NCBI RefSeq assembly: GCF_000142905.1 | Contig: NW_013657666.1 | Coordinates: 258,631 to 322,630, forward strand | Direction: 5' to 3' | Length of the DNA: 64,000 nt | From: Thecamonas trahens ATCC 50062 | Lineage: Eukaryota > Protista > Apusomonadida | Shown here: piece after piece, positions 44,329 to 54,040 of the stretch | Layout: each line of letters opens with the position of its first letter | Numbering within the stretch: the first letter of the stretch is position 1 | Notes under the pieces: model-generated | Databases searched by the model: none | The model's input: the letters and a program-made list of their open reading frames with translations, nothing else | Told to the model about the DNA's origin: nothing | Position numbers and translations under genes: made by a program

Positions 44329-45474
44329 ATGATGCCCGTGTCCATTCCCCAGCTTCCAGCTTGCGGATGGCGACGAGATCGCACTCGACTCAACACGACA
44401 CGTCATGGCAGATCAAGATGGAGGGCATGGTGTTCAGGAACACTGGTCCTCGACGCAGTTCTCGAGAGAGTTCGTTCCGTTCTGTCGCTGGAACCGCGAA
44501 GCGAAGCGGTGGCGGCGGCGTTTGTGCCGTATCCCAAGATTCCCACCGCGTTTAGCGGATCGGCCGACGATGCGCGCCGGGTGCGGACGATCGAGTGGGT
44601 GGCGACGGAGAAGATACATGGCGCCAACCTGACGCTGATGTGCGACGGCCAAGTTGTGGTACCAGCCAAGCGGCGCGGGGTGCTGGCCGACGACGAGGAC
44701 TTCTTCGGCCTGCGGTCGAGCGGCCTGCTTGCCTCCCTGGCTCGGCCGGCCATCGAGCTTGCTCAGGCACTGGGCGCGGGTAGCGGGACGTCAATTGCAG
44801 TCTCGGGCGAGCTGTTTGGTGCTGATGTCCAGCCCGGCATCGACTACGGGCCACAACTGCAGTTTGCGGTGTTTGACGTGGCGCTGCTCGCCGCTGATGG
44901 CGACCGCCGCTTCCTGGCACACGACGAGATGACAGCGGTTGCGACCGCCGCTGGCTTTACCGTTGTGCACGAGGTGGCGCGTGGGAGCTACACCAAGTTG
45001 CTCGACACCCCGATTGGCTTTGACTCGCACTGGCCGGCGCTGCTCGGGCTGGAGCCGCTGCCGCCGGCAGGTGCCAACACCGCCGAGGGTATTGTGCTCC
45101 GCCCGGCAACGACCGACGACCGGTTCCTGGTCAAGATCAAGGATCCGTCGTTTGCCGATGTCGAAGCCTCGGGTCGGGCACACAAGTCGATGATGGTGGC
45201 GGCCGACGGTAGCAGCAGCGCTGCGGCTGACGCGCAGAACATCTTCTACGAGCTGCAGCTGTACCTCACGCCGGCCCGGGCCCAATCCGCGCGCGGTAAG
45301 CTTGGCTCGGATGCAGGAAATGATGACGTGGTTGCCTACACACTTTCGGATGCCATTGTCGACCTTGCGGCCGACGACGCAGAGACTGGTGAGTCTATCG
45401 CTACTGCATCGAGCCCGGTCTTTGCGGCGCTCGTCGCGCTCGCGCAGCCAGTCATCGCCGACCTGCATGGCTAG
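44329..45474 (+). CDS. Rnl2-family ATP-dependent RNA ligase (start uncertain)
   Basis: FVPYPKI, motif I EWVATEKIHGAN, III GELFG, IIIa FAVFDV, IV EGIVLRP, V LVKIK. Confidence 0.85.
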   Translation: MMPVSIPQLPACGWRRDRTRLNTTRHGRSRWRAWCSGTLVLDAVLERVRSVLSLEPRSEAVAAAFVPYPKIPTAFSGSADDARRVRTIEWVATEKIHGANLTLMCDGQVVVPAKRRGVLADDEDFFGLRSSGLLASLARPAIELAQALGAGSGTSIAVSGELFGADVQPGIDYGPQLQFAVFDVALLAADGDRRFLAHDEMTAVATAAGFTVVHEVARGSYTKLLDTPIGFDSHWPALLGLEPLPPAGANTAEGIVLRPATTDDRFLVKIKDPSFADVEASGRAHKSMMVAADGSSSAAADAQNIFYELQLYLTPARAQSARGKLGSDAGNDDVVAYTLSDAIVDLAADDAETGESIATASSPVFAALVALAQPVIADLHG

Positions 45475-46505
45475 TCTTGGGCAGCCGAGAGAACGGCCGA
45501 GGCAAAGAGCACCATCGTGGTAACAGTATCAACGACAGCAAACACAAACGGGCGATCGGCGGTAAAGGTAAAGAGTTGGACCCGCTTGCGAGACTTGACA
45601 GCTGTAGCGGTTGCGGCGGCAGCGCGCGTGCCGGCCTCATCGACCTTGATCACCACCTTGTGGATGATGTTAGTGACGGCAATGCCAGGAGTCACGGAGA
45701 GCGCAGATAGATCGGCGGTGGTAAAGTCAAAGGCGGTGCGGACGCCGAGCTCCTTGAGGATGGGCACGAGCCCCGTTGTCGCCTCGACCGTAAACCGCGG
45801 AATGGCAAGCGCGACACTGACCTTTCGCCGGCGGCGAGCGGCAAGGACTTCAGAGAGGCCGGCGTCGACGCCGACAAGCCAGTCGGCGAGCGCAAGCGCA
45901 GCCGAGGCCGACGGCGGCTCGACCTCACTGGCACCGGGGAGGAGGAAGATGCCGAGAAACCGGCCCGATCCGTACGGCAGCGTCACGCCGCGACAATTGC
46001 GAAGCTCAACAAGTCCGATGTCGTCACCGACCGACTTCCGCTTGGCATGCATCATGGCGCACGGTACCGAGGCATCGGGCGCGGTGGCAAAGCTAGCGGC
46101 GGTGGTGAGCTCCGGATCAAAGGGACGGGCCCATGGCGCAGTGAGCGCAGTGACCGCCAGCAGGATGGCGACATGGGTCGAGTCAATCCTGTCGATGATG
46201 CTTGTGATGAGCCCACTCGACGCGTCGCGAACCCAGGCGTTGATCCCCGCTGCGCTGGACGGCATGGCCTTGCACGCCACCCGCGGGCCGCACGCCGACC
46301 TGAAGCCCTGCGCGAGCTCACCGCGGCAAAAGACCGCCAGCGACGACGAGAGCGCCACATCCGGGTCAGCAGCGGCAGCGTCATCCATGGCGGCTACGAG
46401 AGCCTGCAGCTGTGGGCCCGGGTTCTCCATTCGAAACACACGCTTCAGCTCGGCCTCGGTCTCTGAGCCCGGCCCGGCGGCGGCGGTGAGCATCAGCATG
46501 CCCAT
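45471..46505 (-). CDS. Serpin (N-terminus possibly incomplete)
   Basis: INAWV...GLI, W..PF.PELT, LPY, IPRF, hinge VDEAGTRAAAAT, FTADRPFVF. Confidence 0.9.
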   Translation of the reverse strand: MGMLMLTAAAGPGSETEAELKRVFRMENPGPQLQALVAAMDDAAAADPDVALSSSLAVFCRGELAQGFRSACGPRVACKAMPSSAAGINAWVRDASSGLITSIIDRIDSTHVAILLAVTALTAPWARPFDPELTTAASFATAPDASVPCAMMHAKRKSVGDDIGLVELRNCRGVTLPYGSGRFLGIFLLPGASEVEPPSASAALALADWLVGVDAGLSEVLAARRRRKVSVALAIPRFTVEATTGLVPILKELGVRTAFDFTTADLSALSVTPGIAVTNIIHKVVIKVDEAGTRAAAATATAVKSRKRVQLFTFTADRPFVFAVVDTVTTMVLFASAVLSAAQD

Positions 46506-46854
46506 CAGCAGGTTCGGGGCGAGACACCCCTGAGCAGCGGCGTCGAGTCAGCGGCGGCCGAGACGAGCGGGCGGATGGAGTCAAGGCCGAGGTCGCCAGA
46601 CGGAGCCTGCTCGGCAGCCATGTGTGCGAGAGCGTGGAGATGAGTATGGTGGGTTTCCGGGTCGATCGATCGGTTCAGGTGCAGCGCCGCGCGTGGCAGA
46701 TGCGACGAGTCGCTGTGGCGCCTTGTGGCTGAAGACTGTTTTTAATGTGACCAGATGAGAAATCGGTGCATATGTGCTTGAGTGAGAGATAGAGAGAGAG
46801 TGAGTGTGTGAGAGAGAGATCAGCAAGGTGCGAGCGGATGGCTGCATGGAGCGA

Positions 46855-47355
46855 TCAGTACTTGTTGCACTTTGCAGCCTCCTCGCCCTTTGCGGGATGG
46901 AAGAGGCAGTCGGAGACCGAGTAGTCAAAGGACGGACCAAAGCGGACCAGGTTCCACATGTTGCAAAAGTTAGTATCGTAGTCGTAAACCGAGACGGGCG
47001 TCGAGTGCGAGGAGCCGTCCATGACACAACCCGAGCCGGAGCCATGAGCAGAGAACTTGAAGGAGAGATCGTCGACATAGTGATGGACAGGCGAGGTGTG
47101 ATGGCCGGTCAGCGACTGCGGCGGGGTAGGATCGGCCGACACCAGCGTGTAGTTGTGCTCGCCCAGCTCTGGATGGTTGAACACCGTCAGTTCGTCCTTG
47201 ATCAGTCCGTATGCAGTCGCACACCCAGTACCAGCCCAAGTCACCGTCATGGAGCAATGCGCGTGCTGCCCGACCACCGGTCCAGCCAGCATAGTCACCG
47301 CCACCACGGCCACCAACAGCCCTGCCACCATGCACGACCCGGTCTTGTGTGTCAT
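46855..47355 (-). CDS. Small secreted Cys-containing protein, unknown function
   Basis: Signal peptide; HTSP..HYVDDLSF, C..DG.S.S, DYDTNFCNMWNL motifs and six mature Cys. Confidence 0.7.
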   Translation of the reverse strand: MTHKTGSCMVAGLLVAVVAVTMLAGPVVGQHAHCSMTVTWAGTGCATAYGLIKDELTVFNHPELGEHNYTLVSADPTPPQSLTGHHTSPVHHYVDDLSFKFSAHGSGSGCVMDGSSHSTPVSVYDYDTNFCNMWNLVRFGPSFDYSVSDCLFHPAKGEEAAKCNKY

Positions 47356-47701
47356 GTTGTCCTTGTTGCTGCTACGGATGTAGTGAGTCAAGCGTACTTG
47401 CCCTCGCCCTTGACTCTGCCTCGGGGTGGGGGGTGGGTGNNNNNNNNNNNNNNNNNNNNNNNNNNNNNNNNNNNNNNNNNNNNNNNNNNNNNNNNNNNNN
47501 NNNNNNNNNNNNNNNNNNNNNNNNNNNNNNNNNNNNNNNNNNNNNNNNNNNNNNNNNNNNNNNCGCCGATGCCGCTTCCCCCTCCCTCCCCCTCCCCCCC
47601 CCCCTCCTCCCAACTCACCTCCCGCTCCTCAGCGACGTCGCCTGCGCCACGTCCTCGCCTTCCACTTGCGCAATGTGTGTCTGGAGGCACCCGGCCCGCC
47701 C

Positions 47702-49321
47702 ATGCTCTCGCACTCGCCGTCGCCTGCGGGAGGGACTCTTGCGCTCGAGATGGCGGTCGGCCACGATGTGTCACCGTCGGGTATGTTTGCTGCAAGCGTC
47801 TCGCACATCTCCAACTCGATGCTGTACGCGTCGACGTCGTCGCTGGCGTCGTCGGCCGGAGCTGCCCACCGTCCACCGAAGGCGCAAGCACTGTGCGATC
47901 TGTGCGGCCGAGGCTCGCTGATGCCGGTGTGCGAGCTGACTCTGGCGCAGTCGACAGTCGGCGGCGGGACGCAGCGCAGCGTCAGTGAGATGGTCGACGA
48001 CGCCGACGCCGGCGACGGCCATGTTGTGCTGTTTTCGGCGCTTCACGCCGAGCCGTCGCTGCAGCCGTCGTGGACGTCGGGCGAGGGCAGAGACGAGGTG
48101 TTCTGCACGAGCCTGGCGGCAGCGGCAACACGGTTCTTTACCGCTACCGTCCGCGCCACGCTCTGCTGCGTGAGGTGCGCGGCGGCGAGCGCGGACCCGC
48201 CGGCGGTGGTGCTCACGGCGCAAGTTGATCTTGACGAGCTGTACTTTCTGGGCACGGACCTGCAGGCGCTGAGCCTGGGTCCCAACGTCGTCAACGTCTT
48301 CATCCTCGAGCTGCACGACGGGTACTACGCCCCGCGGTCGCTCGGGCGTGCGCTCGAGGCCTGCGGCGCGCTCACGCTTGATCGCCCGCTGCCGCTCTCG
48401 ATGGATGACATTGCCGACACAACATATGAGTGTCACACGCTAAGGGCTCTGCTGGAGCTGGATGCACAGCGCAAGGCGACGCTCTCTGAGGTGTGCAACC
48501 TGACCGAGTCAATCCGCACCACGCTAATCCAGACTGAGGGTCTCCGGGCTCGGATCACCGCCGCCAACAAGGTCGACGCCCGAGTGGCGGCGCTTCGCGC
48601 CAAGCTCGCCGCCCGCCGCGAGGCTACTACTGCAGCGAGAGACCGACTCGAGCGCCTGAAGGCCGGCCTTCTTCCGCGGGCCAAGTCGATTGTGGCGTCG
48701 CAGATTGAGCTCATGTCTGCGCGCAAGCGGCTCGCGGCATCAGAGGCTGTGCTCGAGGCCAACGAGCAGCGTGGCACCCGGCTACTCGACGCCCTTCTCG
48801 AGAGGCGGTGCGAGCTTGTCGGCGAGTTGTACAAGGCCTTCCCCATCACCGCCGGTGAGCACCCACGGCTTGGCACCAAGATCTACCGCATTCTCGGCCT
48901 CTGGCTCCCACCGCTGCGGACCGCGGCCATGGAGCCGCTCACCGAGGAGATGGCGTCGGCACTCGGCCACGTCTGCACCGTCCTTCACGCACTTTCCAAG
49001 TATCTCGCCACCCCGCTCCGCCATAGGGTCGTCCCCATGTCGTCGCGGTCGGTGGTTCTCGAAGCCGTCGACGGCTCGGCCGGCGTCGTCAAGTTCCCGC
49101 TGTACGTGGCCAAGGGCGCCGGGCGGCGCGAGGCCCAGCATGGCGTCGGCCTCCTCCACGCCAATATCCAGCAGCTGAGCCACACCTTTGGGCTCGGCAT
49201 CGATGCTGCCGACGCTGACCACCTCCTCCTCAACGTGCGTAACTTCATCGAGGCCTTTCTCCGTGGCGAAATTGGCGACCGCCCGGCGGACCGCGAGCAG
49301 GCAGGCACCTCGGTGGAGTAG
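47702..49321 (+). CDS. UVRAG: UVRAG/Vps38-like PI3K-III complex subunit (start uncertain, near gap)
   Basis: Coiled coil followed by RRCELVGELYKAFPI, ASALGHVC...SKYLATPLRH, FPLY, GVGLLHANIQQL. Confidence 0.8.
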   Translation: MLSHSPSPAGGTLALEMAVGHDVSPSGMFAASVSHISNSMLYASTSSLASSAGAAHRPPKAQALCDLCGRGSLMPVCELTLAQSTVGGGTQRSVSEMVDDADAGDGHVVLFSALHAEPSLQPSWTSGEGRDEVFCTSLAAAATRFFTATVRATLCCVRCAAASADPPAVVLTAQVDLDELYFLGTDLQALSLGPNVVNVFILELHDGYYAPRSLGRALEACGALTLDRPLPLSMDDIADTTYECHTLRALLELDAQRKATLSEVCNLTESIRTTLIQTEGLRARITAANKVDARVAALRAKLAARREATTAARDRLERLKAGLLPRAKSIVASQIELMSARKRLAASEAVLEANEQRGTRLLDALLERRCELVGELYKAFPITAGEHPRLGTKIYRILGLWLPPLRTAAMEPLTEEMASALGHVCTVLHALSKYLATPLRHRVVPMSSRSVVLEAVDGSAGVVKFPLYVAKGAGRREAQHGVGLLHANIQQLSHTFGLGIDAADADHLLLNVRNFIEAFLRGEIGDRPADREQAGTSVE

Positions 49322-49387
49322 ATGTGCGTCAGCGGGCAAGCCTGGGGTGTGGCATGTGCAACTTTATGGAGGCCATCGCCGGTGGTG

Positions 49388-50596
49388 CTACATCAGCGTG
49401 CAGCATCCGCCGCTCTTGTTGGCCTTGGCTTTCAGGTGGCTGAGGACCGCCTCGTTGCCGCCGCTCTCAAACTTGGGCGCAATGGTCTTGTCCTCAAACG
49501 GGTTGCCGTCGACCCGCAGCTCTTGCAGTGCCTCGAGCTTACCCAGCGCGACCGGAAGCGTGGTCAGCTGGTTGTTGGCCATGTTGAGCGCAGTGAGCGA
49601 GCGGAGCTCGGAGACCTTGGATGGGATCTCGGAAATGGCGTTGTTGTCGAGCGCGAGGTCCATCAGCGCCGCCAGCTTGAAGAACTCGTCGTTGAACTCT
49701 GTCAGCTTGTTGTCGCACAGATGGAGCTGCCGCAGCCGCAGCAGCCGCGAGATGTTGTCCGGTAGTGTGTCGAGACCAACCTGGTTGAGCACCAGGTGTG
49801 TCAAGTTGTCCATACACGCAATGGCAGACATCGAGCGTCCGAGGCTTGGGTTCTGCGACGCGTGCATGACCACCATGTTATACATGCCTGTCAGCTCGTC
49901 TGGAAGCCGCTCGAGCAAGTTTTGGGTGATGTCGAGGTAGGTGAGGGCAGACAAGTTGCGGATCTCCGACGGGATCTCGGTGATGAGGTTGTTGGCGAGC
50001 TTGAGGACTTGGACGCGCCGGACCTTGAAGACCTCGGGCGGGATTTCGCCCAGCGCGCGTTCCTCGAGATTGATCTCGGCCTGGCCGGATTGATTCTCGC
50101 GGCATGAGATGCTGTTCTTTGAGTTCATGCGCATGTCAAGCATCTCGGCCGTTGACAGCCGCTTGAGGCCCTTACCGGATATCGACGTCTGCTGCCGCCC
50201 ACGCAGCGCCAGCTTTGCGCCGAGCCCACCGGTTGCGTCGTGGAACTCGTCGGCGTCGTCGTCGGACGAGTCCGCGAGCGACTCGCGAGCATCGTGCATG
50301 GCGACGCCACCGCCACCGTCGGAGCCGCTGGACTCGTCGGAGTCGTCGTCGTCCGACACGTCGGCCGTGCCCGAGTCCGAGCCGTCGACCATGATGACCA
50401 CGGCCGGAACAACAACGGCGGGCGCCTTGCTCTCGCTGTCGTTGCTCTTCTCCGGCGAGGCGTCTGCAACAGCAGCAGCCTCAAAGCAGCCCGGCACCAC
50501 CTCAGCCTCTTCAGTCGAGCCGCCTTCAAAGTCCGAGTCCGAGTCTATGTCCCCCGTGCCCGGCTCTGACGAGAACGTGATGTCGATGGCAGCCAT
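49388..50596 (-). CDS. Leucine-rich repeat protein with acidic N-terminus and C-terminal CaaX-like motif
   Basis: About eight 23-aa LRRs (LxxLxLxxNxLxxLP); ends KAKANKSGGCCTLM. Confidence 0.85.
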   Translation of the reverse strand: MAAIDITFSSEPGTGDIDSDSDFEGGSTEEAEVVPGCFEAAAVADASPEKSNDSESKAPAVVVPAVVIMVDGSDSGTADVSDDDDSDESSGSDGGGGVAMHDARESLADSSDDDADEFHDATGGLGAKLALRGRQQTSISGKGLKRLSTAEMLDMRMNSKNSISCRENQSGQAEINLEERALGEIPPEVFKVRRVQVLKLANNLITEIPSEIRNLSALTYLDITQNLLERLPDELTGMYNMVVMHASQNPSLGRSMSAIACMDNLTHLVLNQVGLDTLPDNISRLLRLRQLHLCDNKLTEFNDEFFKLAALMDLALDNNAISEIPSKVSELRSLTALNMANNQLTTLPVALGKLEALQELRVDGNPFEDKTIAPKFESGGNEAVLSHLKAKANKSGGCCTLM

Positions 50597-51036
50597 TGCT
50601 CGTCACGGGCGCGTGCAGGTGTGTGAACGACGCGGGAGGGGGGGGGGGGGGGGGTTCGGGGGTATGGGGAAGAGGGAGGGAGGGGAGAGAGCAGAGGAGG
50701 GGTATGTGTGTGGGTGTGAGTGTGGGTGGGTGTAAAGGTATCGGTGTGGGGAGAGGCCTGACCGCCCGCGCACGCCACCCGCTCCCGCACTGTCTGCACC
50801 TCCCCTGCCCTCCACCTGTTCGCCACGTCGCCTGTCGCCGATTCGGGTGAAGACCACCAACGTGCGGTGACATGCGGCAACGGGGCAAAGAGCGACGGGA
50901 AAGGGAGGGGGGCATGTGGGGCAAAGGCCAATGAGCCGCTCAAGTGGCTTGAACATGGCGGGATTGATGTTGAAGTTGTACGCATGCAATCTTGCACCCT
51001 TGTCTTGTCACGGGTGGTGGTTGGGGTTGGCTGGCC

Positions 51037-51918
51037 ATGGCCAGCAAGGTAGCCGGAGTGACAGCGACGGGGTGTATGGCTGGTTTGGAGGTGGAGATGA
51101 TGGAGGTTGTGACGGTGACGGGCGCGGCTGGCTCCATTCCGCTGATTGTCGTCTTTGCGTCGGACACACACATGCGCCATGCTGAGCTTCCGTCGGTGGA
51201 AGAGGTGGCGACGGCGGCGGATGCCGTGCTGGGGCCAGATGCGCCTGTGGTGGTTGTCCACGGCGGCGACGCCACAAACTCGGGCGAGCTGGATGAGATC
51301 GCCGACGTGGTAGAGTGGCTCAACGCGCTCGGCGCAGTCTTTGGCCCGCGGCTGCGGCTTCTGGCCTGGCTGCCGGGCAACCACGATCGGACGCTCTCGG
51401 GGCCCGGCATCTACACGGTGAGCGATGATGACGCTGCCGCCGCCGACGCCTTTGTCACCCGCGCGTTTGATGGCGAGCTGCTGCGCGGCGCAGGCACGCA
51501 CTGCGTAGCGCTAGACGACGCTGGCACAGCCCAGCTGCGGGTGGTCTACGCCTCGATGTCACCGTCGATGCTTGGGCATACACTGCCGTCGCCGGCAGAC
51601 ATCGCTGCAGCGGCGGCAGAGGCAGCAGCAGCCGACGAGACCGAGGCGTCGACGACCACACTCTGGCTCTCACACGAGCCGCCGCATGGCACGCTCGATT
51701 GCACCGCACATGGACGGGCCATCGGCTCGCGGGCCATCGCTGATGCGATCGCCACCCTTTCACCGCATGCGGTGCTCTGCGGCCACGTCCACGACAGCCG
51801 CGGCGTAAGCACTACACCGTGCGGTGTTCCGGCCATCAACGCCAGCCTATCCCTCGCCATCATCGCTGTGATGCCCTCTACAGACCCCACGCCTCTACCT
51901 TCCACCGTAAACCAGTGA
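51037..51918 (+). CDS. Calcineurin-like metallophosphoesterase (MPPED/Icc-like)
   Basis: SDTH, HGGD, PGNHD, SHEPP and CGHVH metal-binding motifs. Confidence 0.88.
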   Translation: MASKVAGVTATGCMAGLEVEMMEVVTVTGAAGSIPLIVVFASDTHMRHAELPSVEEVATAADAVLGPDAPVVVVHGGDATNSGELDEIADVVEWLNALGAVFGPRLRLLAWLPGNHDRTLSGPGIYTVSDDDAAAADAFVTRAFDGELLRGAGTHCVALDDAGTAQLRVVYASMSPSMLGHTLPSPADIAAAAAEAAAADETEASTTTLWLSHEPPHGTLDCTAHGRAIGSRAIADAIATLSPHAVLCGHVHDSRGVSTTPCGVPAINASLSLAIIAVMPSTDPTPLPSTVNQ

Positions 51919-52097
51919 GTGCCTCCCCATCAATCCACTGCCCCTGATCGGTCGGTCGGTCGGTAGCCAACTCGCATGCCAGCCCTCCTCCTCCTCCTCC
52001 CCGATCCCTCCCGAGAACGATCCACCCCCTCCCCCGTCCCCCCTCCCCACCCCCCCCACCCCCACCCCTCGCTACCTCCGCTGCACCCCGTTTGACC

Positions 52098-53963
52098 ATG
52101 ACCGACGAACGACTGGTGTCGTCGTCGTCGTGGACCACGTCGTCCGACACCGGGACCGACACCAACGCTGTGAGTACGGCCTCGGAGCCGCCGGCCGCCA
52201 GCGGCTCTTGCTGCCCGGTGGGAGGACGGCGGCCGGGGGCGGGCAAGGCCTCCTTGACCGCCTCGTCCACCACCTCGTCGTCGTCATCTTCATCATCTTC
52301 ATCGTCTTCGTCGTCCTCGTCGTCTTCGTCCTCCTCATCCTCCTCGTCGTCGTCCTCCTACACTGCGCCGGTCTCTTTTGACGCTATCACCTCGACCGAG
52401 CCGTCGTACTCGCCGGTCCCGTCGTCGACCACCATCCTCTCGGAACATCTGCTCTCGACGTCGACGTCGTCGTGGCTTGAGCTCGCGCAGGAAGCTGGTG
52501 CCTCGGATCTGGTTGGGCTGAACGGGAGCCGGGCAAGCGTGCGGATTGTGGGCGGTGACGATGCGGCTGAGGTCGGAGCCGGCAAGGGAAACCTGCAATG
52601 GCACTGGGCTGGAGCCCGGTTCCCGCGCGGAAGTCGGCTTAGCGCCGGCAAGAGCGTCGAGTCGGACGACGAGAGTGAGCCGTCGGTAGCGGTGGGGAGC
52701 GAGCACGATGAGGGAGGGTGCAATGGTCAGGTCGACAGCGTGAGCGAGGCGCGGCGGCAAGCGCTGCTGTTTGTCTACGACGCGGTGGGCAAGCACAAGT
52801 GGCGCGAGGCCGTGGATGGCGGCGACCAGCGGTACGGCAAGGAGGTGTACGACAAGTGCCTGCATCACGGCAATGATGGGCGACCGGAGCCGGGCTTTAT
52901 GGCGTCTGTGGAGCAGGCGATGGAGCTTGTGCGGGAGACCCTGGACAAGCCGACGTTTGCCGCCGAGTATCTGGCCATGCACGCTGCCGTTTGCGCACAC
53001 TTTCAGTCGCGGCGTAAGACCGGGACCGACGGGCGGGCCATCGGTGGTGTGGTGAGGTCGCAGTTCCGCGAGCCGGTAGGTGGCATGTGGGGCCTCCCGC
53101 ACCTGGTCTCGAACCAGGCCAAGCGCGAGATTTGCCGCGCCAAGCCGCAGGTTGTCCGGCTGCAGCACGTCCGGCCGCCGTCGCAGACCAAGTCGCGGGC
53201 GGCGCGGCGGACCCGCAACGACTCGTCGTACTACTCGCTGACGCTGACGTCGTCCGAGGCGTCGTCGTCGTCGTCGCAGGGCTACCGGCTCTTCTTTCTG
53301 CCGATGAAGCGGGCGCGGCGGGTGGCGTACTTTGATGCGTACGGCCACAGGTTCTACCACGACATGCGCGCGCTGCTCAAGGAGGAGCTCTCGTGGCTGC
53401 TCCGGTTGGAGCGGTCGGTCGACGCCGCCGCGTTCTACGTCTCTCAGGGCCCGCTGGCCAAGCTGAAGGTTCCTATTGAGCACGCGCGCGCGCTCGCTGG
53501 CGTTCCGGACGAGCTTCGGGCGCTGACGCCCGACGACGCGCTGCTGCCGGCTGTCCATGTGCAGAAGGAGATGAACCGGATCCGGCGTGCCAAGCTCCAC
53601 GCCATCGTTGCCTACCACCAGGCCATGCAGCGGCTGCATGCCGCGCGCGATGGGACGCAGCGGACATCGGTCCTGCTCCTCAACAAGCATCTCACCGAGT
53701 TCGGCTTCCATCCCTGCACCCTTCGCGAGCCGCACCGCGCCGACATCAACTCTGTCGCCGAGTTTTCGGCCCAGGTAGAGTCGGGCATGCGCAAATGGTC
53801 GCGCTACGCCATCAAGGTCCGCAAGATCCGCGCACGTCGCGCTCGCAAGGCCAAGGCCAAGGCGCTCCGCGCCAAGGTCGCTGCAACTGCCGCCGCCACC
53901 GCCGCCGTCTCGGACGCCGCCGAGGCCGAGGCCGCCCTGACTGGCCTCACGTTGTCGTCTTGA
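52098..53963 (+). CDS. Fic/Fido-domain protein resembling bacterial effectors (AnkX-like), with a Ser-rich N-terminus
   Basis: WREAVDG...EPG N-terminal block and divergent Fic loop HAARDGTQRT followed by LLNKHL..FGFHPCTLREP. Confidence 0.6.
   Translation: MTDERLVSSSSWTTSSDTGTDTNAVSTASEPPAASGSCCPVGGRRPGAGKASLTASSTTSSSSSSSSSSSSSSSSSSSSSSSSSSSSYTAPVSFDAITSTEPSYSPVPSSTTILSEHLLSTSTSSWLELAQEAGASDLVGLNGSRASVRIVGGDDAAEVGAGKGNLQWHWAGARFPRGSRLSAGKSVESDDESEPSVAVGSEHDEGGCNGQVDSVSEARRQALLFVYDAVGKHKWREAVDGGDQRYGKEVYDKCLHHGNDGRPEPGFMASVEQAMELVRETLDKPTFAAEYLAMHAAVCAHFQSRRKTGTDGRAIGGVVRSQFREPVGGMWGLPHLVSNQAKREICRAKPQVVRLQHVRPPSQTKSRAARRTRNDSSYYSLTLTSSEASSSSSQGYRLFFLPMKRARRVAYFDAYGHRFYHDMRALLKEELSWLLRLERSVDAAAFYVSQGPLAKLKVPIEHARALAGVPDELRALTPDDALLPAVHVQKEMNRIRRAKLHAIVAYHQAMQRLHAARDGTQRTSVLLLNKHLTEFGFHPCTLREPHRADINSVAEFSAQVESGMRKWSRYAIKVRKIRARRARKAKAKALRAKVAATAAATAAVSDAAEAEAALTGLTLSS
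52276..52358 (+). repeat. TCN trinucleotide tract encoding poly-Ser
   Basis: (tcg/tca/tct/tcc)n visible directly. Confidence 0.9.
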
Positions 53964-54040
53964 GCGAGCGAGCGGCGGGGGATCATGAAGTAAATGGCTC
54001 GCGATGAAGCCTAGTGTAAGCCGAAATGAGTACGAATGGT

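Noticed and set aside
42874-44330. Long N-terminal extension on the RNA ligase ORF (866 aa)
   Set aside because: It is antisense to the VASt-like gene; stop codons are rare in GC-rich DNA.
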